From assembly GCA_030390025.1 (NCBI GenBank), contig CM059432.1:77998001-78062000 (forward strand): a stretch of DNA of 64,000 bases. The letters run 5' to 3'. Made by a program: the position numbers and the translations under genes. Position 1 is the stretch's first letter. Each line of letters opens with the position of its first letter. Under the pieces are notes generated by a model. It searched no databases and was not told where the DNA came from. It saw only the letters and a program-made list of their open reading frames with translations. This document shows, one piece after another, positions 22,898 through 35,420 of the stretch. Source of the stretch: Squalus acanthias (Eukaryota).

Positions 22898-24446
22898 AAA
22901 TTTTATTTTGCACTATGTGCATTGAACATTGTATCATGATCACTGTATGCAATATATCCATTTTGTTAATAATAAAGCTGTTGTCATGGTCAAGGCTCAT
23001 CAGATATACTTCATTTTGTACATTTTGCTTCAGAGCCTATCATTGTTCCATAGTACAAAACTTTTACTGGGCATGCATATTTATTTATTTATTGTTTCAT
23101 CTCCATTATAAACTATATTAATTCTTATTTTACTTAATTGAGTTTCTTGGAAGTTGGTCAGTGGTGTACTTCAGGCTGATGCTTGGATGGGCAGTAATCG
23201 GAGTGTTACCTATTTATTGTGCAACCATATTACATTTTGTTGTAATGCCTCCGACAGCTTTTGGCACCATAGATCAAGTGTGGCAGACATGAGACAGCAC
23301 CTAAATTCTCAATCAAACTCTTCTAAGCGCTTAAATGTCCTTCCAGAATTTTGCACCAAAAGTCGGGTCCTGGGATGCATACATAATCGCATTACTGACA
23401 TCATCGCACAATGTGCGTGCCTTTCGGGATCCAACAAGACCAGGGAGGATTTGTATTTTTGCAGGTCAGAATTGGGTAGAAATCACTTTTAACCAATTCA
23501 CCAACCTGGTAAAATCCAGGAATTTAAATCGGTGGGGGGAAAAAAATGCATCAGTAAAAAATGATTTGAAAAGGTCTCTAGTTATAGTTACTAGAGATTG
23601 TATTCTAGTCTTAGTCAGTTTTGAGTAGAGTTGGGAAATAAAGTAGCATTAAAAAAGGTACAATTTTGTGTCACCAGTTATTTGTTGATTTCTGGAAAGC
23701 AGAGAGTTGAATGGTTCTTAACCAATGCTGCATTGTATTCAGGTGATTGACAGAATATTTCCTTATTATTATTCAGGTTGGCAAATGTAGGACAACCCAA
23801 CAAGCCAAATTCAACATTATGCATTAAACTCTTGACATGCAAGATAAATAAATTCCAATATATTTCCTACATTGGTTGTAGCACAAGAATTTTACACCTG
23901 CCACATTCCAAGGTATCACACTTTGTCACAGATGTAAAACAATCTTTAAAAACAAGTCATGCACCTGGAGCCTAAAATTTATAAGTACTGTAGTTACAAT
24001 TGTTTTCTGGTTCACCTCAGGAATTTATACACTACTACAATTACCTTGGATATGACTACTCAGACCACAGGACCAGTTGACCAGTAACTTTAAAGGGACA
24101 TGACAGGTTAGCAGTTGAACATCACAATCATGCTCCAGACCACCAGCCAACAATACCACACAGTACACAAAAAGCTGATACATTTTCAACCCAGGTTCAA
24201 AGCTCTAAATAGACTCCACATTAATTTACCTTCAGCATTTCCAAAATTGGTTCCAAAGTTGCATCCAACCTGTATTTATTCTTAACATAATCCCAGCAAT
24301 ATGAAATGGAGGGACTGAGGAAGATTAATTATGATATAATCTTCTGAAATTCAAAATCAACAAATTTAGTAACCTCTCCCCAATCAAGTATGGTTTTATA
24401 CAATCAAAATAACTATGAAAGAGCTCAAATGCTATAAACAGTAATG

Positions 24447-26833
24447 CATTTTCCTTCTTTGGCCAGGAGTCTTCCCCCCCACACAGCTGACCCTTTCTCC
24501 CGTTTTCAGAATTCTCGTTCTACCTGGATCCCTCCCTCTGGCCTCTTCACCTCTCTAGATCTTTTCATTGCAAACTGCGTGACATCGGCCGTCTCAATTT
24601 CTCTGTTCCCCTCACCCACTCCAACCTACTCCCTCTGAACTTGCAGCACTCCATTCTCCCAGATCCAACCCCGACATTGTCATTAAACCTGCCGACAAGG
24701 GTGGCGATGTTGTTGTTTGGCAAACCGACCTCTACCTAGCGGAAGCTGAACACCAACTCTCCGACACCTCCTCCTACCTCCCCCTGGATCATGACCCCAC
24801 TACCGAACATCAAGCCATCGTTTCCAAGACCGTCACTGGCCTTATCTCCTCTGGAGATCTTCCCTCCATGGCCGCCAACCTCATAGTTCCCCAACCCCGC
24901 ACAGCACGCTTCTACCTCCTTCCCAAGATCCACAAACAGGACTGCCCTAGTAGACCCATCGTTTCAGCCTGTTCTTGCCCCATGGAACTTATCTCTTCCT
25001 ATCTCGACTCTATTTTTTCTCCCCTTGTCCAGTCTCTTCCCACCTACATCCGCAACTCTTCCAACGCCCTCCGCCACTTTAACAGTTTCCAGTTCCCAAC
25101 CGTCTCCTTTTCACTATGAATGTCCAATCCCTCTACACCTCCATCCCCTATCAGGATGGCCTAAGGGCGCTCCGCTTCTTCCTTGAACAGAGGCCCAAAC
25201 AGTCCCCTTCCACCACCACCCTCCTTCGCCTGGTTGAACTTGTTCTCACATTGAACAACTTCTCCTTTGACTCCACTCACTTCCTCCAAATTAAAGGTGT
25301 TGCTATGGGAACCCGCATGGGTCCCAGCTATGCCTGCCTTTTCGTGGGATATGTGGAACATTCTTTGTTCCAGTCCTACTCCGGTCCCCTTCCTCACCTC
25401 TTTTTCCGGTACATTGATGACTGTATCGGTGCCATTTCCTGCTCTCGCCCTGAACTAGAAAATTTCATTCACTTTGCTTCCAATTTCCACCCTTCCCTCA
25501 CCTTCACATGGTTCATCTCTGACTCTTCCCTTCCCTTCCCTTCCTCGACTTCTCTGTCTCCATCTCTGGAGATAGGCTATTGACAAACATTTACTATAAG
25601 CCCACTGACTCCCACAGCTACCTGGACTACACTTCCTCCTACCCCACTTCCTGTAAGGACTCTATTCCATTCTCCCAGTTTCTCCGTCTCCGCCGCATCT
25701 GCTTTGACAATGCCACCTTCCATACTAGTGCTTCCGACATGTCTTCCTTTTTCCTCAACCGAGGATTCCCCTCTACCGTGGTTGACACGGCCCTTGACCG
25801 TGTCCATTCCCCGCACTTCTGTTCTCACCCCTTCCCACCCTCCCGGAACCACGATAGGGTTCCCTTTGTCCTCACCTTTCACCCCACCAGCCTCCACATT
25901 CAACGGATCATCCTCCGCCATTTCCGCCACCTCCAGCGTGATCCACCACCAAACACATCTTCCCCTCACCTCCCCTTTCAGCATTCCAAAGGGACAGCTC
26001 CCTCCACGACACCCTGGTCCACTCCTCTATCACCCCCAACACCCCTACCCCTTCGCCCGGCACCTTCCCGTGCAGGTGCAGGAGATGCAACACCTGCCCT
26101 TTTATCTCCTCCCTTCCCACTGTCCAGGGCCCCAAACAATTCTTCCAGGTGAAACAGCGATTTACTTGTACTTCTTGCAATTTAGTATACTGTTTTCGCT
26201 GCTCATGATGCGGTCTCCTCTACATTGGGGAGACCAAACACAGATTGGGTGACCGCTTTGCGGAACACTTCCTTTCAGTCCGTAAGGGTGACCCCGAGCT
26301 TCCGGTCGCCTGTCACTTTAATTCTCCACTCCACTCCCACTCTGACCTCTCCGTCCTCGGCCTCTTACACTGTTCCAATGAAGCTCAATGTAAGCTCGAG
26401 GAACAGCACCTCATCTTTCAATTAGGCACTTTACAGCCTTATGGACTCAACATAGAGTTCAACAATTTCAGACAATAACCTCTGCCCCTTTTTTTCTTCC
26501 ACATGGCAGCTGTTGATGATTCTGCCATTGCCATTTACACTTCATCTAGACTCATCTTTTGTTTCTTAACTTGCCCCATTACCATTCCTTTTGCCTTGCA
26601 CCATCATCCCTTTTGTCTCTTAATCTCTCCTGCCTTCCATCCGATCACAGACCTTCTCTTTTGTTCTTTCCTGTCCTCCCCCCTCTCCCTGCCCCTACAT
26701 TTGCTTAAAAACCTTTTACATCTCCAACTTTTTCCAGTTCTGACGAAGGGTCATCGACCTGAAACGTTAACTCGGTTTCTCTCTCCACAGATGCTGCCTG
26801 ACCTGCTGAGTATTTCCAGCATTTTCTGTTTTT
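24447..26833 (+). mobile_element. Penelope-like retroelement (RT + GIY-YIG), frameshifted, with 3' terminal repeat
   Basis: IKPADKG, FYLLPKIHK..RPIVS, VQSLYTSIP, GVAMGTRMGPSYA, FRYIDD, YYKPTD, YIGETKHRLGDRFAEH. Confidence 0.93.
26736..26772 (+). ncRNA. Minimal type I hammerhead ribozyme motif
   Basis: AGTT-CTGACGA-A-GGGTC(atc)GACCT-GAAA-CG-TT-AACT. Confidence 0.75.
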
Positions 26834-27064
26834 AATGCATTTTCCTTTATGTACAATACAAGGTAAGAATATAAATAATCACATACACGCACACAGACAG
26901 ACATGTGCACAGTATAGCGTAACATTTGTTGATTACAATGGACATGGCCATTGAGCGTCACTTGGTGTCAGTTTCTATTGGATGAACCTGCCCAGTCATA
27001 AACAAGAGAGGGGAGAACAACCTCATCAAGCGCAAATCAACTAAACAACGCCACAGAGTTTTGA

Positions 27065-27120
27065 TGAATTTAAACTTGACACAAAGTCAGCCTGAATTTA
27101 AACTTGACACAAAGTCAGCC
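27065..27120. repeat. Perfect tandem duplication, 2 x 28 bp
   Basis: tgaatttaaacttgacacaaagtcagcc twice. Confidence 0.95.
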
Positions 27121-27879
27121 ATTTCAGTCTGGTTATTAAAAGGTATTGGTACAAATACACTTTAATGTTGTGTGCTACTTTTATCACTTCAAAATGCTCA
27201 CCACCACCAATATATTGTTTCTGGTATTATGCAACTCAAAATGCTATCTGTAAATACAACCCAAGTTGGGTAGGACAAAAATCTATAACTGTACTGCTGG
27301 ATATTCTTCAACAATTAAAGTGGATATATCGCATGAAAATTTGACACATCCATCATTAGGTTTTACTTGGACTCTAGTGACAGCATTGCATTTGCATTAA
27401 AAAGGTGGAATTAAGTGCAACCATAAAGAGGAACAGAAAGTCTAAAATGTACCATAGAATATTTAATGGGCGGGTGGGGGGGCGGAAATAAATAAATGTT
27501 CGCTGAATGACCGTGAAAATGGGACTGTACACCACCCTCAATTATTAAAGCAAACAAGAACTGTTTAATTTATTTATTTTGAGCCTTATCTGGGGTCTGG
27601 TTTGAGACAATACTAGGCTAATGCATTCTGTAGCCAGTGAGTGAGATGCGAAGGCCCAGTAGACTGTGATGTTCAGCTTCCGTGGGAGTTCAGCCATTAA
27701 GGGTCTAAAGCTAAGTTGCTGTGTTTATTTTTATTAAACCATTAACAGTTTAGTGTAGTTTAGTATGGGGACAGCTGAGGCCTGTTATGCGTGGTACCTG
27801 CGCAATATAGGTGGTCCTGGACGTCTTATGTCCGGGATGACCACAAATGCAGGAAGCGTCACCAACTGCTGGCACTCAA

Positions 27880-29270
27880 GCTTGCAAAAGTAACTCTATT
27901 ATTTAAGAAAGGTGAGAGAGAGAAACCAGGAAATTATAGACCTGTTAATCTAACATCTGTTGTGGGGAAGTTATTGGAATCTATAATTAAGAACAGAGTG
28001 ACTGAGCACTTAGAGAAATTTCAGCTGATTAGAGAGTCAACATGGATTTGTAAAGGGTAGGTCATGTCTAACGAACCTAATTGAATTTTTTGAAGAAGTA
28101 GCTAAAGAGGAATGTCTTTGGATGTAGTTTATATGGACTTCCAGAAGGCATTTAATAAGATTCCACATAAGAGACTGTTAGCTCATGGAATTGAAGGCAA
28201 ATTATTGACCTGGCTAGGAGACTGGTTAGGTGATCGAAGACAGAGTAGGGGTAATGGGTATGTACTTGAATTGGAAGGAACTGACTAGTGGTGTCCCACA
28301 AGGATTTGTGCTGGGGCCTCAACTATTCACTATATGTATTAATGACTTAGATAACGCAAGAGAGCCATATATCCAAGTTTGCCAATGGCACAAAGATTGG
28401 TGGCATGGTAAGTAGTGTAGACAGGAGCATAAAATTACAAAGAGACATTGATAGATAGTGAGTGGGCAAAACTGTGGCAGATGGATTTCAACGCAGGCAA
28501 ATGCAAGGTCATCCATTTTGGACCAAAAAAAGATAGATCCGAGTACTTTTTTTCAACGGTAAAAAGCTAGGAACAGTGGAGGTCCAAAGAGATTTTGGGG
28601 TCCATGTACACAGATCACTAAAATGTAGTAGTCAGGTGCAAAAAATAAATCAAAAAGGCTAATGGAATGTTAGCCTTTATATCTAGAGGGCTAGAATATA
28701 AAGGGGAGGAAGGTTTGTTACAGCTATACAAAGCCCTGGTTAGACCACATCTGGAGTACTGTGTACAGTTCTGGGCACCAGACCTTAGAAAGGATATATT
28801 GGCCTTAAAAGAAGTGCAGCGCACATTCACCAGAATGTTACCAGGTTTCCACGGGTTAAATTAAGAGGAGAAATTACATAAACTAGGCTTGTATTCCCTG
28901 GAATATAGAAGGTTAAGGGTTTATTTGATTGAGGGTTTCAGGATTTTGAAAGGAATGGATAGGGTAGAGAGAAACTTTTACCACTGGTAGGGGAGCCTAG
29001 GACATGGGGACATAACCTTAAAATCAGAGTCTGGCCATTCAGGAGAGAAGTTAAGAAACACTTCTTCATGCAAAGAGTGGAACTCTCTTCCATAAAAAGC
29101 AGTAGATGCTAGCTCAATTAATCATTTTAAATCTGAGATCGATAGATTTTTGCTAGCCATGGGTATTAAAGGATATGGAGCCAAGGCAGGTAAATGGAGT
29201 TAGGATACAGATCAGCCATGATCTCACTGAACAGGCTCAAGGGGCTGAATAGTCTACTCCTGTTCCTAGA
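27880..29270 (+). mobile_element. CR1 LINE ORF2 (RT to 3' tail), degenerate
   Basis: ORFs 27791-28060, 28230-28415 and 28667-28864 carry CR1 motifs. Confidence 0.9.
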
Positions 29271-29299
29271 ATGCATATTCCAAGGGGTGTTCACTTTGC

Positions 29300-31490
29300 T
29301 GGCAGAACAAGTTGGTTAGGAAGGGAAACATTGGTGCCCAGCTATCAGCATAGGAGGCAGAGAAGATATGACTTAGGCTAGAGCAGGACTGGGAACGAAA
29401 CATTCCTGGTCATAAAATATTCAGAAGGCATAGAATAGGAAAAATGGAGAGGACTGGTAGTATTAATCAAAGATTCCAATACAGTAATAGAACATAAGGA
29501 TGATATAAGGGATAGTGAACAAGCTAAATCTATTTGGTTAGAAATACTCTCTATTTATGTATTATGGAATACTCATCTCAGACTGGATGGGTGCAGCTGC
29601 AATAACACTAATGAACTCAACTTCATCCAAGACAAAGCAGCCCGCTCGATTGGCAGGCCATCCACTACCTCCACCATCGGCGCACCATGGCTGCAGTGTG
29701 TACTATCTACAAGATGCACTGCAGCAAATCGTCAAGGCTTCTTCGACAGCACCTCCCGAACACGCAACCTCCACCATCTAGAAGGACAAGGGTAGCAGTG
29801 CATGGGAACACCATCACCTCCAGGTTCCCCTCCAAGTCACACACCATCCAGACTTGGACATATATTGCCGTTTTGTCATAGTCGCTTGCTCAAAATCCTG
29901 GATCGCCCTACCTAAAAGCACTGTGGGAGTAGCTTTACCATGTAGACAGCAGCGGTTCAAGAAGGAGGCTTACCACCACCTTCTCAAGGGCAACTAGGGA
30001 TGGGCAATAAATGCTGGCCTTGCCAGCGGCACCCATATCTTGAGATTTAAAAAAAAATAAGAGTGGCCTATAATAATGGGCAACTTTAATTACCTAAAAA
30101 TAGACAAGGGTAAAAGTAATAACTGGCAAAGAAGGGGAGAGGTTTCTACAATATATTGCAGAACTGCTTTCTAGATCAGTATATTTTTAGTTTAAACAAG
30201 GAAAGCAGTTGAGCCCAGTTCTAAAAAAAATGGATGGTACAAATCGGTAATGCAAGGGTAGAGGAACATCTAGGAAACTGTGACCACAACATAATTAGGT
30301 TAGATAAATAACCTGAAAAAAAAGGAACAGTTAAAGATAAAAGGTACTTGGACTAGAAAATGTATTAATGAGCGAAAAAGGAAACTATTCCAGATAAATT
30401 GGAAAGAAAAACTGACAGATAAAACAGTGAAGAAACAATGGGAAACTTTCAAACAGGAGATGATCAGCAAACATATCAGACATATTCCCACAAGAATAAA
30501 AGGGCTGCAGCAAAAGCTGAAGTTCACTGGATGAGTAGAAATATTAAAATGTGACTTAAAAAGGCACGTGACAAATCTAGGGCTAATAATATAATAGAAA
30601 ATTAAATAGAGTATAGCAAATATAGACGAGAAGCAAAAAAAAATTAGGCCAAAGGAAAGCATAAAGAAAGACTAGCAGATAAAGGAAATAATAAAGGATT
30701 TTAAAAACACATTCGAGACAAACCGGGTAATCGTTTCATGGAGGATGAAGGAATGGTGGAGATACTAAATGAGTACTTTGTTTCAGTTTTACACACAAGT
30801 TTGAATAAAAGGCTACAAGAGGAGATGGTGCAGCAATTAGCTAGGATAACTATAGATCAGGAAGTAATATAGAAAAAGATGGTGTAATTCAAAGTGGAAA
30901 GGACACAGAGACCTAATGGCATGCATCCTAGAATGCTGAGGAAATAGCAGAAGCTCTGACTACAATCTTTCAAACATCTCTAGATAGAGAAGTTGTGTCA
31001 AAGAATCAGAGGATTACCAATATAACACCTTTGTTTAAGAAGGGAGAACGAGATTATCTGAGTAACTACAGAACAAGCAGCTAAGCTTCTCAAGGATAAA
31101 ATTAATACTTGTGGCAAGACATGGATTAATTAAGGACAACCAGAATGGATTTGTAAAAGACAAGTCACTTCAGATAAATATAATCTATTTAAGTGAAAAT
31201 ATATACTATATAAATCGGTAAAATTTTAAAAAGGACAAGAGCAAAGAACTTAGGGGTTTAGAAACACAAATCTTTAAAAGTGAGAAGACAAGTAGATAAC
31301 TTTGCCAGCATATGGGATCAGAGGGTCAGAGAGTACAAAAGTAAAGGTGCAATGCTCACGATCATTGGTTAGGCTGCAGTCAGAATATGATGTCCAGTAT
31401 TAGGTAGACTTTAGGATGTTAAGACCATGGAGAAAGCACAGAAGAGATTTACTATGATGAAACCAGGGACGAAAGGCTTTAGTTATGATG
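29300..31490 (+). mobile_element. Very old CR1 ORF2 (endonuclease-RT) relic interrupted by another LINE 3' end at ~29570-30050
   Basis: Degenerate similarity to the reverse complement of 61700-62900 (atgggcaactttaattacc; gaacatctaggaaactgtgaccacaac; ctaaatgagtactttgtttcagttt). Confidence 0.6.
29570..30050 (+). mobile_element. LINE 3' end (second family); related copy at ~33005-33760
   Basis: Both end ccaccaccttctc..gggcaactagggatgggcaataaatg...ccttgccagcg and encode VCTIYKMHCS / VCTINRIHCS. Confidence 0.75.
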
Positions 31491-33004
31491 AAGCGGCACT
31501 CCAGACCACTTGCCTGACATTTAATCCCACAGCCTCACATCAAGATTCCTCCTCAGCCTTTCACTTTTGAGCACCCCCTTGTTTGCATTGCCTCCCCAAT
31601 CCCTTCCAATGATCTGGTTGTCCCTGTATTGTGCTCTGCTCATTGGTCTACTGTTTGCTCCCCTTCCATGCCCCATCCTCTCGCCACCAATTCCTTCCAC
31701 TCTGTCCGCATCCCATTCCCTCCCCTTGCTGTCCCTCCTGCTCCTCCCCCAGATCTTCCCTCTCCCCCCACCACCACCTCTTTCAAACACCTCCATTGCT
31801 TGCATCGTCCCTTCACACACAACTAGGGAAAGTTGTGTATGAAGGGACGAAAAAAAAGGACAAAAAAAGGACATGACAGGGCAACACACCAGCATCAAAA
31901 ACAGACGTGAGGGAGAAAGTGAGGGCAAGCAACTGAGGCCCAAGTAGCAATAGCACCAGGTAGGACAGCCCAAGGAAGGGCAGAGGGCCAACAAGGGGTA
32001 AAAGAGGGAAGCATGACTGGGAGCCCCAAGTCCCAAGGTCCTGTGAAGACAGACAGGCCCAGAGGAGAAGAAGTTGGTAAGGGGAGCGGTGTGAAGCCTT
32101 TGGAGGTAGCGCCAAGATGATGAAATTTTAAATGAAATTAAATTCAAAATTTAAAAAATGACCTGGTAGTGCTAGGAAATAACAAGTTAAAAAAATTACC
32201 TACAGGGAACAGGCAGATAGAAGGGAAAAATAAATTATAAATAAAAGTTGCCTGCAGTGCCACGTGGGAAGACTGAAAGGTAATAATGGCAAATACACAT
32301 ACCCAAGCATGACAAAATTGTGGTACAGGAAGTAAGTGAGACAAAAAGGGCATACTAAATGAGACTTTTTTTATAGCTATATATCTTCTAATATAAAAAC
32401 AGTACATCTGCACACTTCCCATCATGTAACCATCAATCTTTATTTGCTGCAGTTTTACTTTGAGCCAATCGGAAATGCCTGCAAGGAAAATAGCTAGAAA
32501 ACAGAAACTACAGTCCCCACCACTGACAGCAGCCACGTTGGCGCTAACGCTATTTGCCCGCTATACGCATTGGGCAGTTTAAAAGGGTAATGCTATTACT
32601 ATTGAACAAGACTGTAGAAAATCACTAATGATGCTATAATCCACACTATTTAGAGTGGATTAAGTACACAAAGTAATTGGACCTTAGTGAGGTATAATTT
32701 ACATATTTAACATGTTTGTTATTGCAGTCAGTGCTGAGTAATGCAAGCTGCAACCCAACACCAGTTAGAGATCATTAAGTATGCAAGAGAACTGCACCTT
32801 AACGAGGTGCGAACTACTGAGTAAACACCTGGTTCGGCCCGAAATACACGGAACTACACTGAACACTGCAAGTGGCAAATTGCCAGTTTGTACTAAGGTA
32901 GCTACTCTCAACTGGGACAGCAATGGGCCTAAGTACCTCTGGACTAGAAAGAGGTAGAAAAATATTGGACAAAGTTCCAGCTCCTGATCACCACCCGGTA
33001 ACTC

Positions 33005-33760
33005 CTGGATGCAGCAAGACCTGGACAACATCAAGGATTGGGCTGTTAAGTGACAAGTAACACAAGTGTCAGGCAATGACCACCTCCAACAAGAGAGAGC
33101 ATAACCACCTCGCCTTGACATTCAGTGGCATTATCATCAGCAAGTTCCCCACCATCAACATCCTGGTGGTCAACATTGACCAGAAACTGAATCAGCCACA
33201 TAAATTCTGTGGCTACTAGAGTAAGTCAGAGGTTGGGTATTCTGCAGCAAATGGTTCACCTCCTGAATCCCCAATGCCTCGCCATCATCTACAAGGCACA
33301 AGTCAGGAGTGTGACAGAATACTCTCCACTTGCCTAGGCAAGTGAAGCATGACACTATCCAGGAGAAAGCAGTCCACTTAATTGGCAGCCCATCCACTGG
33401 CTTAAACATCCACTCTCTCCATCATTGGCATACCTTGGCTACAGTGTGTACTATCAACAGGATACACTGCAGCACCTCCCAAAACTGCGACTTCCACCAC
33501 CTACAAGGACATGGGCAGCATGGAAACACCATCATCTTCATGTTGCCGTCCAAGTCACACTTCATCCTGACTTCGGACATATAATTGCCATTCCTTCATT
33601 GTTGCTGGGTCCCTACCCAACATCATTGTGGGAGCACCTTCACCACACGGACTGCAGCGCTTCAAGAAGGTGGCCCACTACCACCTTCTCTGGGGCAACT
33701 AGGGATGGGCAATAAATGTTAGCCTTGCCAGCGTCGCCCGCATCCCAAGATTTTTTTTTT
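33005..33760 (+). mobile_element. LINE 3' portion, same family as 29570-30050
   Basis: gcagcaagacctggacaacatc..; atctacaaggcacaagtcaggagtgtga..; shared 3' end. Confidence 0.75.
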
Positions 33761-34489
33761 TAAACTACTACTGAAAAAATGTGGAGAACAGGATTGAGCT
33801 TCATTATATCTTCCATGGTCAAATATCCTGTGTAGACTCACACATAAAGAATGATCTCTTGGGCATACACCCACACCCAGCAGCATCAACATATTCAGGG
33901 AAAGAAGAAGAAAATGACCAAAAGAAAAAAGTTGCCAATCGACTCTCCCAATGGCTCAGGGTAGTATGATACCAAAAATACTTCAGGAAGATACCAGATT
34001 CAAACCTTGCTCTGTAATGAGTTAGCCAATCTCAACAGTTTATTGGTAGAAGTGCCAAATTTCGCATAAGCATCTCCCAAACTAACAATTCTCTATTCTC
34101 GAGGGAAATGTGCGCAATCATGAGAGAAGAGGATTGGGCTGGATGATGGTGCCCCACACAATCAGCACTTACACAACTGGATGCCAATAGCCCCAAACAT
34201 GAGTCCTTACAGACGGGATCTTGTAATAAAGACAAGTCATTTTATATCTGAATTTAACCAAGGGAAAGCACTTGATCAGATACATTAAAGTGATCGGTGT
34301 TTCTAAATGATGTGCACCCATAACTGAGGACTTCAAGAATAATACGAGTAAAGACGAGTTAAATAAAGGTGAAAAAGAGTTCAACAGGGGGCGAATTGGT
34401 GTAAAATGGAGGGAAAATATGAACAGAGCGAGGAATTGAGCATGTAGAAACAGGTAAACAATACTCGTGGTGTGAAATAACTTTACTTG

Positions 34490-35420
34490 GAGAGACTGCG
34501 GGCAAAGGGCGCTGGGCACAAGCGGAGGTCGGCCTCCTCTTACCTGTGACAGGACTCTCGGGTTGGCGCAGCCGAAAAGGGACGAACTGGAGCTGAAGCT
34601 GATGGCCCCTCTGCGGCTCAGGACGTGCTTGGGTACCGGCCTGTCGAGAGGCAGCACCGGTAACTGGTACTGGTAACATACTGCCATTGAACCGGGAACG
34701 GAGCGGGCCTTCGGGGCACACGGGCACTGGGGAAACAAAGCAGAAACATCAGCGATCGCAAAACTACAACAGGTCAAAGGCAGGCATTTAGAAAAAGGGA
34801 AATTAAACGGGCCGGGACCAGGGCCGAGGGGGGAGGCCGGCCGGACACAGCGCACACACACACCCGCGCCAGGCAGCGCCTCTGCTCGCTCGCCAAGCCA
34901 CCTTTCGCTGCTGCAGGTTCAGGTATCTCGTTTTCCGAGTGAACGCAAACACTCGTCAATCTCAGTCACCGACACCCGGGCACAGCGGCTTCCTCCCAGT
35001 CCCATCTTTGGTGCGCTGCCTCCTGGTGGGTTTTTTTTGTTTTCTCTTCCCTCCTTCGATTCTTCCAGAGCCTATTTGAGAAATCCCATCAGCGGCAGAG
35101 CCAGGCACGGCCCAGACACGAGGGCCTTCCCCCGTCTTCTTTTTCTCTTTTCCTCTTTAGAACAACGCTTCCTCATTTCTCGCCGCCTCTTTCAAAACAC
35201 TTCATCTCCGGCCTGGGATGATGATGATTATTATTATTATTGGTATTTTATTATTTACTCCTGGCCGGCGCTCAGCTGATGGGCTGCCTGGTAACGGCAC
35301 GAGCTCCGGCTGCGGGCTGCAAACGGCACTTTGTCTCCGACCCGAGCTTCTTGCGTGTCCGTAATGCAGAGAGCAGCACCGACCGCCTCAGTACAACTCG
35401 GTGCGATGCAATGCAGCAGA
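34490..35420 (-). promoter_or_regulatory. CpG island: PDE7A promoter / 5' UTR
   Basis: Locally GC- and CpG-rich non-repeat sequence surrounding and upstream of the ATG; TSS not determinable from sequence. Confidence 0.75.
34544..34687 (-). CDS. PDE7A: First coding exon of high-affinity cAMP-specific phosphodiesterase 7A (PDE7A1-type N-terminus), 48 codons, phase-0 donor
   Basis: MAVCYQYQLPVLPLDRPVPKHVLSRRGAISFSSSSSLFGCANPRVLSQ closely matches the PDE7A1 N-terminus as I recall it (MEVCYQLPVLPLDRPVPQHVLSRRGAISFSSSSALFGCPNPRQLSQ); ends in CAG|GTAAGA; lies in a CpG island. Confidence 0.95.

Noticed and set aside
23154..23492. Possible exon or old DNA-transposon coding relic
   Set aside because: No motif I could confidently assign; needs a profile search
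31521..32147. Overlapping ORFs in pyrimidine/purine-skewed sequence (also 52600-53009)
   Set aside because: Low-complexity composition, no recognisable domain or splice structure
1..34543. PDE7A exon 2 (RRGAISYDSSDQ...) or a PDE7A2-type alternative first exon
   Set aside because: Not found by eye or in the ORF track; a short exon could have been missed
34169..34861. 230-aa ORF as a complete protein
   Set aside because: Only 34687-34544 matches PDE7A; a strong donor follows and the remainder is read-through into the intron and 5' UTR
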